DNA of 46,187 bases from a virus (lineage: Duplodnaviria; Caudoviricetes): positions 1 through 46,187 of the IMG/VR virus record IMGVR_UViG_3300020045_002275; one strand, written 5' to 3'. Positions 20,542 to 34,972 of the stretch are shown here, piece after piece; the first letter of the stretch is position 1, and the number at the start of each line of letters is the position of its first letter. The position numbers and the translations under genes are program-made. The notes under the pieces were generated by a model. That model ran no database searches, had not been told where the DNA came from, and was given only the letters and a program-made list of their open reading frames with translations.

Positions 20542-23500
20542 CGAAAATCAAGACTATCTACCAGAAGATGGTGAATCACTAAAAGGTTTGGCTGGAATTT
20601 CCGAAAGTTTAAAAAACAAAAAGTATAAGCCATGACTTCAGGACGCTTATTCGTATTCAAGTCAAAATTTAAATAGTCCGTGAACTCAAAAACTTTCAAA
20701 TGTTGTTGGTGGGACTGATTATGGTAATAGTACATACGATGATAAAATAACTTCAATAAATCAGTTAAACGACCTTGAAGATACTCGTGCAAACATACAG
20801 CCATTTATTGATAAGCTAGGTGCTGGTATTGGAGCTTTTGCAGGTAAAACTGTAACCGCTACAGTTGGTGGATTAGGGACTTTATTCTATGGAGTTCCAA
20901 ATGCAATAGCTGAAGGTAGGTTTGCTGGCATATTTGACAATGACTTCAATAAAGCTCTTGAAAAAGCTAACGAAGGCATTGATGACACATTTAAAGTATA
21001 TGCATCGGAAGCCGAAAGAAATGGAAGTTTCTGAGATCAATCATTAGGTTCTGCTCACTGGTGGACTAAATCATTACTGGGTGATGGAATGTCATTTACT
21101 GCTGGAGCTGTATTGTCGGCTTATGCAATGGGTGGTATTGGTGGGCTTTTAAGTAAATCAGCTAATGCATTAAAACTAAGTTCTGCTGCGTTTACAGGAG
21201 CTGAAACCATAGGGGCTTTAAGAACTGCCGTTAAAATAGACCAAGCAATAGGTGGATTAACCAAAACTATTGGAATGGGCACTAAATTAGCCGTTGGTTC
21301 AATGTATGAGGGCGGTGTCGAAGCCAATGATTTTATTAAACAATCATTAGGTAACTATAAGCAACAATACGCTGAATTAAATAACGGTAAAGAACCCACA
21401 GAGGAAGAATTAGATGAATATAAATTAAAGATACTTCCAACAGCAAATACTTTATTTGCAGCTAATGTAGCATTGGTAGGAGCATCTAATCTTGCTGTAC
21501 TTCCAGGAATTTTCGGCAAAGGCGTTAATGAAACTATCAAGTCTGCAAGAAAAAATATAGTAATGCAGACTGTCGATGACGTTATTAAGCCGGTACTCAA
21601 AGATGAAACTTTAACTGGATTTCAAAAAGGTGCTAAACTTGCATTTCGAGGATTAAAGCCAATAGCCTCCGAAGGACTAATGGAGGAGGGTGGTCAAAAC
21701 TTCGCCAAGAACATGGCATTAGATTACGTTGACAAACATTACAATCCAGATGCAGCAAAGAATACTTATGACTTAATGAACTCTTTTGGAAATGCATTAA
21801 ATCAAGCTTATGGAACTGTTGATGGATGAAAGGAAATTATGGCTGGTATGGTTATTGGTGGATTTGGTTCACCTAACTTAAAAGCTATTGGTAGATTTGA
21901 AACTTCAGAAGATGGTAAGAAAAGTTGGAATCCACTTAAATTAGATTCAGAAAAGTCATGGTGGACTGGTGGTATTATTGGACAATTTCAAGACCACCAC
22001 GAGTCTAATAAACGTGCTAAAGAGATAATTGATGATTATAATGCTCAAGATAAGGATGCAGCATTTGATTACTTTAAAAATAATCTATCACAAAATCAAG
22101 GTATAGCTGGACAGATAAGTGAAATCAACCACCAGAATGCATTAGGTAAAGTTATGGATGAAGCAGCTAGAGCTGGTGATTTCCATACAGCTAAAAATGC
22201 AGAGCAAGATAGATTTCATTCATATGTAAAATCAAGAGTTGATGCTGGATATTATGAAACTTTAAATGATGAGTTAATAAATCCTATTGAAAAGTTATCA
22301 GATGAAGAATTTGGTGAGACTTTTGGATATACTAATATGTCTAAAGAAGATTTAGCCAAGCGTAAACAAAAGACTGTATCGGAAGCTAAACAATCAATTA
22401 AAGACTCTGTAGATGCAATTAATTTTGTTGATAGTAGAATGTCATTTAATTTAGGAACTGAAGAAGGTCGTAATCATAGAAATATGTTAATATACGCATT
22501 GACAACTAATAAGTCCGTTGGAAAACGTATAGACCAATTAAATTCATTTATCAAAGAAGCTACTAAAGATAAATTAAAATATACTCACAATGACGAACAA
22601 TTTGATACTATTGAAAGTGTATTTCAAAATAAGATTAATCAACTAGAAGAAAGTAAGAGTGGCAAATCTGCTGAAGAAATTTCTCAGATAGATAAAAATA
22701 TCGCCAAGCAGCAGAAAGAGATTGATGCAATTAATTATGGCAGGAATCAATCCAAGAGTGCTGAGAGATTAGTTACTGAAGGATTAACTTCACCTAAATC
22801 TGCAATAGAAGCCAGAGAATTTGCTAATCAGATATTAAACGTTTACGATGATAATAAAGATATATCTCCAGAGGCTGTTGAGAATAGAGAGAAGCTAGAA
22901 TCTGCACTACAAGATTTACCGAAGTTATTAAGGCGTAAGGAGGAAGCTTTTGAGTTATATTCAACCGCAAAAAATCCTAAAACTTGGGAAAACTTCATTA
23001 AGACTGAAAGAATTCAAGAAGCTTGGAGTAAACTTAGAGATGAGGGTGCTCAAAAGATAGCTGATGCTCAAAACGAAGAACATGCCCAGGCTGAGACTTT
23101 AGTTAATAATGGCACTGACCCAGAAACCATACATAATGTTACTGGTGCTGATATGTCAACTATTGAAAAGATTTTAAATAATAAAAAGTCAGTTCAGGAT
23201 GCCAAAATATCTAAATCACTAGATGAGTTGTTACAATCAATCAATTCTCAAGGCGATCATAAATTTGAAAGCATTCAAGACTTATTAGATACACTCGAAG
23301 AAACTATTGAAGATGATGAATCTTCAGAGCAAGAGCAAGATGCTGCACAAATTCTAGCTGATAGAATTAACGAATTAATTGAATCTGCAAGACAACCAAT
23401 TGCACCAGTAGATGAATCAGTTCCATCAAAAGATGGATTACTTGACAAGAACCAAGATATAGCTCCGGTTGGACAAAGTGATATTGATGAAACTAATGAT

Positions 23501-24544
23501 ATTAACGATAAGGCTAATCAAGACTTAAAGAGTGATGATAAAACTACTTCTACAAACGTTGAAAGTGATTTATTGATAGATGCATCTAATCATATTGCAT
23601 GGAATAATGTATCTTATGATAATAAAACTGGAAAGTTTATTTATTCTGGGATTAATCCAAAAGCAAGTAAAATATTACAGGATTATACTAAAATAAAAGT
23701 TGGTGATAAAGTTACATTCAAAGTTAATCCAACAGCAGAATTCCCAGCAGAAGATTTAGGACATATCAAAATTGATGTATATATTAATGGAGAGCCAGTA
23801 GGACAAATTCATACAACTGACTATATTAATCCAAATAGAGTCGTTGATACAGATGGCAATCTTGAGAGAAATATTACTGAATTAAAAGACTTACGAAGTG
23901 CAATTCTATCTGGTCAAATCAAAGACTCTCAAATTGAAAAAGTTGGTAATGGTAGATTAATTACTGCAAGAGAATTTGGTGGCAATAAAACTGATAACAT
24001 TCCAACAGTTCAAGCACTACCAGATAATAGTGTATTTATAACTGTAGTTAATAGTGGTAGTATTGCAACCAAACCTAAGAATTCAATTATAATTAATGAA
24101 GGTAAGATTGCAACTGGTCAAGGTAATAATTTCAGAAATGGAATGTTTGTATTACTCCCAATAAATCAATCAACCGGTGGAACTAATGCAACTAAATACA
24201 TTGCAGCTCCATTAAGCCCAATGACTCTAAATGAATCTCAAGCGCAAACACTATCAACTTTAATTGAGTTGTTCCTTAGGAATCAATCTAGCCAGATAGA
24301 TGGTGAAACTAAAACTATATTTGACACTATTGCAAAATCAATGCAAGGCAAGATGGGTTATAGGGATGAAATTTCTGACCAAGAAATGAATTTTAACCCA
24401 CAATCTTTAAATGGACTTAGAAATATCATTAAGTTGTTTACTTACGATAGAGTTAGTTTAAATGATAATTTAAATGAGGCTGGTGAAGCTAGATCTGATA
24501 AAAAGATATTTGGTATTAATGGAAATGAAGATGTCTTTATATAA
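20528..24544 (+). CDS. very large virion cargo protein (RNA polymerase-associated cluster), 3'-truncated near 24520
   Basis: One frame with TGA at 20633, 20681, 21032 and 21827. Has a SEGLMEEGGQ motif and Gly/Ala-rich hydrophobic segments. Homology to 27899-33094 stops abruptly at KKIFGIN. Confidence 0.75.
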
Positions 24545-27500
24545 TTTCTAACACCAATAGATTGCTTATTTTTAGTCATAACCTGCCTGTTATTGGCATA
24601 TATCGGTTTAGTTGGCTGTAGGATAATCTCCCACTCTCTGTCAGTAAAGTCAATATCCTTATCCTCTGGCTTATCCTTAATTTTTCTTTTTAGTTGATAA
24701 TACTCTTTCTCAGTAATGTTTTTATTGCCAAAATTAAATAATGTATCAATATGAAAGTCTAGCGATGTCCATGATTGAGCATCTGATGAATTGATATCTC
24801 CATAAGCTTTAATAGCAGCTTTTTCAGCAGCAGTTCTATTTTGCTCATTCTTACGATAAATCTTTTCGATATAATCCATAGAAAGGGATTTCATCTTTCT
24901 ATCTCTAGATACAGTTACTTTAATAGTTTGTTTATCGCCAAAATCAGCTTCATATCCTGGAGCTAAATCAGCAGCCAAGCGTTTACCTAAGTTATCAAAA
25001 GTTGGCTTAATTAGATTGTATGCATCAACTATTGTGTGGTCAGCCTTATTGAAGAAGTTAGTTTCAAATTCGCCATGAACCCCACTATCTCTTTTTGGAC
25101 CCTTGCCAAAGTCACCTTTAAAGTATTGAGCATAATCGCCATGAAACATTTGAGCTACATTGGCATTATGTATAAAGTAGTTAATAGCAAAATCAGCAGC
25201 TACAGCATCAGATAATTGTTTTTGTGATAGATTACCGCCATACCAACCTGAAACGTTTACAGCATGAGTTTTATCAATGAATTGTAATGTCTTTTCGCCA
25301 TCAACAGCACCAATCTTATTATCTTTAAATTCTTGAATTTGCTTAGCAATCATTAAATTTAAAGAGTTTTTGATTGTAGACTTGATTAATTCAAGGTTTT
25401 CCTGAGTTAATTCATCTTCAGTCTTTAAAACTCTATTACCATTTTGAGCTTTTTTAAATATACCTTGAATGATATTTAACTCTGGGACTGTATAAAAATA
25501 TTTAGCACCATCATTATATCCTTCAATATTTATTTTTGTAGAATAGTTGTTAGTTTCTTTCTGAACTTCCCACATTCTATTCATTTCGGATTTCACAACT
25601 CTGTCATAAATAAAACTTACAGTTGACTCATCAATACTACCATCGCGATAAATAATATTATCTCTGATAATACTTTGAATATTTATCATATTAGTCTTAT
25701 CGGACATTGTTGGATAAAATAACTTACCAACACGTCTGGCAGTAACTCCAGTACCAACTTTTGAATCATTATTGTGTAATAATCCAAGTTTAAGAGCTAT
25801 TATTTCCTGTGGAGATAAATCAGTCAATCCTCTATCGGAAGCTTTACCATTGGCTTGTTTTAAAGCATCTAGCGATAGATATCCGAATTCAAACGCTTCT
25901 GAAAAAGCTAATTGTTCTGGGGTTGGATTGTCACTTTTAGCTAATAATAATTGATTTAACCAATAGGAGTTATTCGCAAATACATCGGTCTTTAAATCAT
26001 CTAACAGTTTAAAGTTAGACTCAACACCAGTTCTATATCCACGAGTCAATTCATACATTCTATCAATAATAAACTTATCATTAGTATATGAAAATACAGT
26101 TTTATTTCCAGAATTATGGGAATTACTATATAGATGCTTAGAGTTTTTAGCCTCTAAATCAGCCATAGCCTTTACTGAACCGGCATTGAACACATTTAAA
26201 CTATCATCGGTACCAACTTCTTTGGTTCCGTCAGTAGCAGCTATTTTAATTAGTACGTTATATATATTTGTTATCGGAGAAAACTTATCGCTTTTTAAGA
26301 ATAATTGATTTACACCAGTCTTTTTAAATTTACGACTACCATACTGGAATCCATCATTAAGAATTCGTTTAATAGTGGTGTATGATAATTTCATTCCAAT
26401 AGAATTTAATGCATCAAACAGTTGGCTTTCAGTTACGTTTTGATTGCTTTTAAATAGTTCTTCAAACTTAGTTATAACTTCATTTGCATATTCAGGATTA
26501 AAGGTACGTTTTCCAAAAAAATCAATATCTACTAAATTAGATTTCTCTAATCGTTGATTTCAATCAGTAAGAATAACTCGTTGTCTTGAATTAGCATTAT
26601 CACCCATCACTTTTAATTCACTTCCAGCAAAACTATTAATCCATTGCACGAATGACATATCAATATAATGTTTGTTCATTGCTGTAACAAACTGTTTGAT
26701 GAGTGTCATGTTATTTGGAAGACCAGTTTCATTGTTGATTGCTTTAGCTTCATTTAGTTTTGCAATTAAATTCTGAACCCACTTATAATCATTGAATTCT
26801 TTAAGTCTTTCGATCATTCCATAAATATCAGGGTCACTTCCAGCTAAAAATGCATTTAATGTGTTATAAACTGTATCAAAGTTTTCAAATAATGACTCTC
26901 CAGTTAAGTAATGACTATCACCGTTTTCAAGTGTTGATAAGAATAACTTTAATTTACCAGACAATCCAGCTTTACTATCTAAAGTTACAGCGTAATCGCC
27001 AGAATAATTACCTTGAGACTTATCCGCTCCATCCAAATCTATTTCATCATTATTAGCTTTAACCGAATCTTCGTCTTGAATAGTAGTATCATCTAATTTC
27101 TCAGAATCAATACCATTTTTAAATGATAATCCAGAGCGTCTTTTAAGTGCATTGAATACCATTTGTTCAAGATTATCCCAATTTTCAAGATAACTATTAG
27201 TGTGATTTACACCAACTTGAGAGTTATTAGCTTCGTATTCATCTTTGATATCTAAGAATGTATTATAATAAGTATCTAATTCATCTTGGATATCCTGCTT
27301 TGTTAGATTTTCACCAGCAATTACACGACGAGCAATCTTCTCTACAATAGTATCAACGGTTTGATTAACTTTTTCAGATGACACAATATTGTCAGTTGAC
27401 ATTAAAGCAAATCCCAACATTCCCTCTCCAACAAAGTTTAAAGCTTCTGTAGTTTTTTTGTCAAAATCAGCCATAAAAGACTCATTCTGTTTGATAGGAT

Positions 27501-27891
27501 TCTTAGGGTATAAATAATTGTAATTACCCCTAGTTGAATCATCGCTTATATTGCCATTTGCAGAGAATATAACAGGCTTTTTATTTGAAATGATAGATTC
27601 TATTAACTCTGGAAAGTTAGTGCCGTAATGAACATCACCGCCAGTTCTTACTTGATATATCAAATGTTTATCAAGTAGTTGTTTTATAATCTTTTCAGCT
27701 TGTAATTTAGTTTTTGGATTAGAATCTTTTAATTTATTAATGAAGTCAAGTGCCTTATTAACTTTACTATCTATATCCTTTCCTTCAAAATTATTATTAG
27801 ACCAAGCAACGGCATTTGAAGCCGCTGCATTGTCTTGTAATATATCTTGAAATTTTTGAGTGTTGTTATCCAACACGGTACATATACTCAT
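24442..27891 (-). CDS. virion-packaged RNA polymerase catalytic-type subunit, N-terminal part, truncated near 24511
   Basis: ORFs 26560-27891 and 24442-26394 join through TGA 26560. KRLAADLAPG, INSSDAQSW, LQPTKP and YIKTSSFPLIP resemble crAss-like virion RNAP motifs. The catalytic DxDxD is not reached. Confidence 0.7.
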
Positions 27892-27898
27892 ATTTTAA

Positions 27899-30800
27899 TT
27901 ATTTACATTTAACTTCAATCTCTTTATTTCTATTTAATGCAATCAAACTTCGTTTTATTTCATTAGGCTGTAATTTTGCATACGTTATAAAATCAGTTCC
28001 AAGATTAGGTGATTTATCTTTAATTTCAAAACCTGTAGATTCTTCTGATATTTCAGAAAAGTCTGGCATTAAATCTTCTTCTGATAAAGGTTTTTTACGC
28101 TCAATAGATTTACCATTACCACGCCTTTGTTGTAATTTAGGTTTTTCACGGACTTCAGGTTTTTGCTCTGGCTGTAATTTAGATAACTCTAAATCATATT
28201 TAGAATAGTCATATGCATCCCCAAGCTTCCATCCATCTTTTTTGCCAGAATTTAAATATTGTTGCAGTAGTTTTCGAGCATCATTGACTGAAATTACCAG
28301 ATTCATAGCTATATTTTGAATATCTCCATTTTGTCTACCATAATCATCATACGATCACATCTTTCTATCCGATTGAATCATATGTACTGCGAGCAATTTA
28401 TTTGAATCAAAAATATTTTTAATTTGATTTCTTTTTAATTCAACGTATTTATCAGCAATGTTTTCTTCAACATGTTCAATGGTTAGTACTTCAACTTTTG
28501 ATTTCTCAATCTTTTCTACTTTTGGAGTTGCAAAAACTATATTTCTTTGAACTGTGTATGAATAATTATCATCACCTAAATCAACTGAACGTAAGTTAGT
28601 TTGTGTATTATCTTTTAAAAACTCAGGATAAGTTTTAGTTGAGAATTTAACCGACAATTTACCATCAACATTTTCTACTGTCGGAATTTGTAAATTACTA
28701 GTTCTCATTAAGGACTTATTGTGATAAAAGAATGATTGACTCATGTGGTCCGAAATACCGACTCTTAAATCATCAAAGAATATTTCAGATTCAGCCTGTT
28801 CTCATGCGGACCTGCCTACTTGCTTAGTAAAGAATTGAAATTCTCCAGCCTCATTTTGTTTAATCTTAAATGAAGCAACATTCTTGGGTGTCCCAAAAGA
28901 TACAACTATTGAACCATCTTTTACTTTATTAATACCAAATATCTTCTTGGTAGATTTAACTTCGCCATCAACACCTAAATCGTCTTTAAGACTTACTCTG
29001 TCGTAAGTAAATAATTTAATAATATTTCTAAGTCCAGTTAAAGATGATGGGTTAAACTCAACCTTTTGGTCGGTCATTTCATCTCTATAAGATGTTTGAC
29101 CACCTATTGATTTAGATATTGCATCGAATTCTGCTTGATTTTCATTAATCCATACACCAACTTGATTTCTCAAAAACATCTCAACTAGGTTAGTTATAGT
29201 TTCTGATTGTTCGGGTTTAAGTGTTTGCGGGCTTAATGGCGCTGCAATATAGCTAATCTTTTCAACTCCGTTATCATTAACTTTGTTTACTGGGATTAAT
29301 GCAAATATACCATTTTTAAAGTTATTACCCTTACCTTGCTCTATGCCTTTCTGATTAAGTATTAAACTGTTCTTTGGTAGATTCTTTTTATCAATCTCAC
29401 CATTGTTAGCAACTGTTATAACCAAACTTTTATCAGGTAATGCATCGTTAGTTGGAATATTATCAGTTCTTTTACCGCCAAACTCTCTTGCAGTGATTAA
29501 GCGACCATTACCAACTTTTTCTAAAGTAGTTTCAGTTAATCCACTGAGAATAGCTTCTCTAAGTTTAATTAATTCTTCTTTATTTCTAACTAAATTATCA
29601 TCTTTAGTTGCAACTCTATCAGGTCTTATGTAATCAGTTGTATGAACATAACCAACAACCTCTCCATTAATTAATATATCAATCTTAATATGCCCTAAAT
29701 CTTCTGCTGGAAATTCTGCTGTTGGATTAACTTTGAATTCAACTTTTTGACCGATAGATAACTTTCTAAAATCCTGAAGTAACTTACTAGCCTTTGGGTC
29801 TATTCCAGAATAAGTAAATTGACCTGTTGATTGGTCGTATAAGACGTTATTTCATGCTATGTGATTAAATGCATCAATAAGTTTTTCACTATCACTATCA
29901 GTCTCTGTTATACCGTCATTCTTGCGTAAATCCTTGTTTATCTCATCAACATTATTAGTGTTGGTTGATATATCAGATTCATCAGATGGCTGTCTGTCAT
30001 TATCGGTCTCATCGACTAATCCTTCTTTTGTTGGAATTTTATCAGAATCTTTTGTGACTGGCTGATTAGCTTCTGTAATTAATTGATTAATTTGATTTGA
30101 TAAAGCTTCGGCAGATTCAACCTGTTCATCGGTAGAATCTTCATCTTCTATTATGTCAATCAGTTCTTCGAGCAATTCATTCTCATCTTTAAATTGGTGC
30201 TCAAATGGTAAATCCTTATTCAGTATTGATAATAGGTTTTTAATTGATTTAGCTTTTTTAGCTTGCTTAATTTTATTTTTATTATCAAGTATTTGAGTTA
30301 CAGTTGACATTGGTGCACCAGTCTTTTTTGCAATAACTTCTGGTGGAGTTTCCTCATCTTCATCTATTAATTTCTCAGCCTCAGCATGTTCTTCATTTTG
30401 TGAATCAGCAATCTTTTCAGCAGCCTCATCCATGCGCTTTTTAATAAGTTCGGAAACTCTTTCAGTCTTTCAGAAGTTGTTAAATGCTTTTGGGTCTTTA
30501 GCAACAGCATACAGCTCAAGAGCTTCTTCTTTGCGTCTAAGTAATTTAGGCAAGTCTTGTAGCGCTGATTCTAATTGCTCTTTAAGTTCTAACTCCTCGA
30601 CTGAATTGTTTTTCAACTTATATCTTTTAAGAATCTCATCTGCAAATTTTTTAGCTTGAATGGTTGTTGGCGGAGCATCAAATCCACTCTCAGATAATTT
30701 TTCAGCTTCTTTTGAAGCTCGTCTTTCAAAATTCAAATTATCAATAACATCTTGATGAGATTTAATTTGTTCATTTATCTCTGCAATCTCAGACTCAGAT

Positions 30801-33094
30801 TTATCTTTTTTAGAATCCTCAAGTTCTTGAATCTTACTTTTTGGAACACTTTCAATTAAATCAAAATACTTATCATCATGTTTATGTGAAACTCTTCCAG
30901 CGGTAGCATTCTTAATTACTTCATTTAATTGATCAATTCTCTTATCAACAGATTTGCTTGTAGCGATTGCATAAACATTTAAATCTCTACGCATACGACC
31001 TTCTTCGGTTCCAAGATTAAATGACATTCTACTATCTACAAAATTAATTGCTTTTGCAACATCACTTAAAGATTCTTCAAATTGTTTTACTTGCTTTGAT
31101 CTCCTAGCCTCCAATTCCTCCTTTGACATATTTTGATATCCAAACTGTTCAGCATAATCCTCTATTGGCATGCTTTTTATTGGATTTATTACCTCATCTT
31201 TTATTACATCAAACATTCCAGCATCAATTCTTGATTTTAAATACATAAATATCTTATCCTGTTGAGCGTCTTTTGCTGTTTTAAAATCACCTAATGCGGC
31301 AGCCTCATCTAGCACACCCCCAAGTGTATTCATGTGGTTTATATCACTTATTTGGCCAGCTACACCTTGATTATCCCGTCTATTTGCATGGTAATATTCC
31401 ATAGCATGTTCAAGTTTATTTGCATCTACGTTATCAATTAATTCTTGAGCACGCTTATTGTTTTCTCTATGAGTTTGAAACTCGCCAAAAATTCCACCAG
31501 TCCACCATGATTTATCCGCATCTAAGCTTAATGGATTCCATCTAGTTTTGCCATCTTCAGTCTTTTCAAACCTACCAATTTTTTTAATATTAGGTGAGCC
31601 AAATCCACCAATAACCATACCAGCCATAATCTCTTTCCATCCATCAATCGTACCGTAGGCTTGATTAAATGCATTTCCTAAAGAGTTCATCATGTCATAA
31701 GTATTCTTAGCTGAGTCAGGATTGTAATGCTTATCGACGTAATCTAATGCCAAATTCTTAGCAAAGTTTTGGCCACCCTCCTCCATCAGTCCTTCAGAAG
31801 CTAATGGTTTTGCGGCTCGCCATGCTAATTTAGTGGCTTTTTGAAATCCAGTTAAAGTTTCATCCTTAAGTACTGGTTTTATAACATCATCAACAGTCTG
31901 CATTACTATATTTTTTCTCGCAGACTTGATGGTCTCATTGACTCCCTTGCCAAAGATTCCAGGAAGAATAGCAAGATTAGATGCTCCAACGAGTGCTACG
32001 TTAGCTGCAAATAAGGTATTTGCTGTTGGAAGTATTTTTAATTTATACTCATCAAGCTCTTCCTCCGTTGGCTCTATACCATTGTTTTGTTCGGTATACT
32101 GCTGTTTATATCTATCAAGTGATTGTTTAATGAAATCATTAGCTTCAACTCCACCCTCATACATTGAGCCTACAGCAAATTTGGTAGCTAATCCACCAAG
32201 CTGCTTGGCCCCACCGACTAATTTATCTCATGCCGCTGCATTTCCTATTGCTGATATTTTTTCAGTTCCAGTAAAAGCTTGAGATGCCCCCTTTAAAGCA
32301 TTAGCCGCTTTTGATATTCTGCCAGTATTTTGCATTTGATTTAATGCAAACTCTGGAAGATTTCCACCAAGTAATGATTTGTTGGTTAAACTTCTAATTG
32401 CAAATCCAGCATCATCTATAAGGCCGCCAGTTGCTACAGCTCCTTTCTGTAAAGCTCCGGTTAATCCGATAGCTTTACTTCCAGCGCCAATAGCTGAGCC
32501 AATACCACCCATTGCATAGGCTGATAATATAGCACCAGCAGTAAATGACATTCCATCACCAAGCAGTGATTTAGTTCACCAATGAGCAGAACCTAACGAT
32601 TGGTCTCAAAAACTACCATTTCTTTCAGCTTCTGAAGCGTATACTTTAAATGTATCATCAATACTATTATTGATAGACTCTAGCGATTTGTTTAAATCAT
32701 TATCAAATATAGATGAGAATTGACCATCTACTATAGCTTTGGGAACTCCATAGAATAAAGTACCCAATCCACCAACTGTAGCTGTTACAGTCTTACCTGC
32801 AAAAGTTCCAATACCAGCACCAAGTTTGTCAATAAATGGTTGTATGTTTGCACGAGTGTCTTCAAGGTCATCAAGTTGACTTATATTTACAATGTCTTCA
32901 TCATATATACTTTCACCATAATCACTAGTACCTACTACATCTTTTAATGGTTGAATCTGAGATGAATATAAATTATCTCTCGATTGCTTTTGCTGAATTT
33001 GTCTTATATTTGTCGGAGAATTATAATTTAACCCCCTAAATAAATCCATACTAAGTGGTGTTGGTTTTAATTCATTTTCATATACCTCTGCCAT
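27899..33094 (-). CDS. very large virion cargo protein, 1731 aa in code 4 (orthologue of 20528-24544)
   Basis: Seven track ORFs fall in one frame, joined by TGA at 32606, 32576, 32228, 30470, 29852, 28802 and 28355. Confidence 0.8.
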
Positions 33095-33099
33095 AATTA

Positions 33100-34968
33100 T
33101 TATTGATTGTTATACAAATTCGTACTGCTTATTTTTCTATTTTCAGTCCAAGAATTTATATTCATTCCTGAGTTTTGAGTAGCAAATGTTGGAAACATTT
33201 CAGATAATGCAGTTGCGTTTTGTATTTGCGATATTAATTTAAGATATTCTTTAACCTCCGTACTATTTAGTTGTGATGGAGTAAATGATATGTTATTTGG
33301 CATTTCATACCGGCTTAAGTCAACACCGTAGTTTCTTGCATCAATAGTATAGTTTCCGGATAAATCTTTTTGAAATGTTGATTTATTTTTTTCTGGATCC
33401 ATTATTGCACCACGTATAGACTTGCCAGCTTCTGATAAATATTTTAATCTATTTTCCATCTCTGGATTTTGGAATATAGAACCATCGGCTTTGTATGCAT
33501 TCCCATCTCCAAACCTTATTTCAACACCGGAACCCATTGGGGCGTATGTTATTACTGGATTTCCATAAGTTTTTTTGAGTTCATTGAATTTATTAATATC
33601 CAATTCCGTAGATCCACTCTTAGGGAGTGTAACTGATCCAGACTGTATTGCCTGGTAAACACTTTTTGATATATTGTCATCCCCGGTAGCTATAGTATAT
33701 ACTGGACTAACTGATTTTAATTTCTCCTTCTCGGCCTTTATTACATTATCAACTAATTCATTGTATTGTATTTTTGTCATCTTACCAGTTGAACTCAAAT
33801 TAAATTTTATTCCATTTTTTTTAGCAAGTGACATAATTTCCATTTTAGCTTCATCCCTCTTTTTATTTATATTTGATGGACTTAATTTTGGATCAACATA
33901 CCAGACATCTCTATTAGTTCCACCAGTTGAAGTTTTTAGTTGACCATATTTATCAACAGATGCAACTTTATCAACCTTTTCGCCCTTTGCGTATTTGCTT
34001 AAATTTTCTAATTTATCGTAAGCATCTTTATCTGATATGTCTGGGGCATAGTTCATTGGAAATTTTGGAATTATTGGTGGCGGAGTATTTTTTGGAGTCT
34101 CTAATGATTTTTGCCATAAATGCATTCCAGCCTGATCTGTTACATTACCAAATTGTTTAGTTCCAATAGCATTATAAGCTGCCTGTGATGTTGAATCCCA
34201 TAACTCATTAATAGCCTTATCGTTGCCTTTAAACTTATCATAAACGCCAAACTCCCTCATAGTACTATCAATAGTTCCGTGAATCATATTGGTCATTTTA
34301 TCAACTACTGCTGGGTCATATCCTTCACGCTTCATGGCGTTAGCCGCTTGGTCTGGTGTAGCACCACTTTGAATAGCTGTGAAATATAGAAAACTTAACT
34401 TAGGCATTTTCTTTAACTCAGGAACATCCTGATTAATTGTCTTAGATAATTGCTCAAGCTTTTTAGCTGCGGTTGAATATAATTGATTACCACTAACCCC
34501 ATCATAGTTAAAGGCTGTTGAGCTTTTAAGTCCTTCAGTTAATGAAATGTCGTTTGGATTAATTGTAGCTCTAAACGTTGGGTCTTGTAATTGTATTTTC
34601 CTCAATTCCTCGGCACGTTCTTGACGAATCTTTAATTGATTTTGTAATGGAACTACTTGATTTGTATATAAAGATTTAACCTCCATTAAACCTCTACGTC
34701 TACCAGAATCAATAAATCCTTTAGTTGCCAATTGGTCAGCAGCTTCTTTAGTTTTAGTTATAAAGTTTTGCTGAATATCATAAGCTGCCTTATCTTTAAC
34801 TGGGTCTATTCCCAACAATGATAAGCCACCTTGTTGTTCTTGTTGAGCATATTCTTCTTGCAGTTGGTCATGTTGCGCCCTTAATTGTTGTGAGGGCGCT
34901 CACATTTCTTGAATGCTCAAAGGTGTAAATTGAGCGTAATTCATTGTATCGTAAGCACTTATCGGCAT
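33100..34968 (-). CDS. virion cargo protein, 622 aa in code 4
   Basis: MPISAYD start at 34968 with TGA 34900. The N-terminus is nearly identical to that of the 18820 gene. Confidence 0.75.
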
Positions 34969-34972
34969 CTTA

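Noticed and set aside
2785-21829. Special readthrough context 3' of TGA
   Set aside because: The following base is mostly G or A, with some C and T, which is compatible with ordinary first-codon-position usage.
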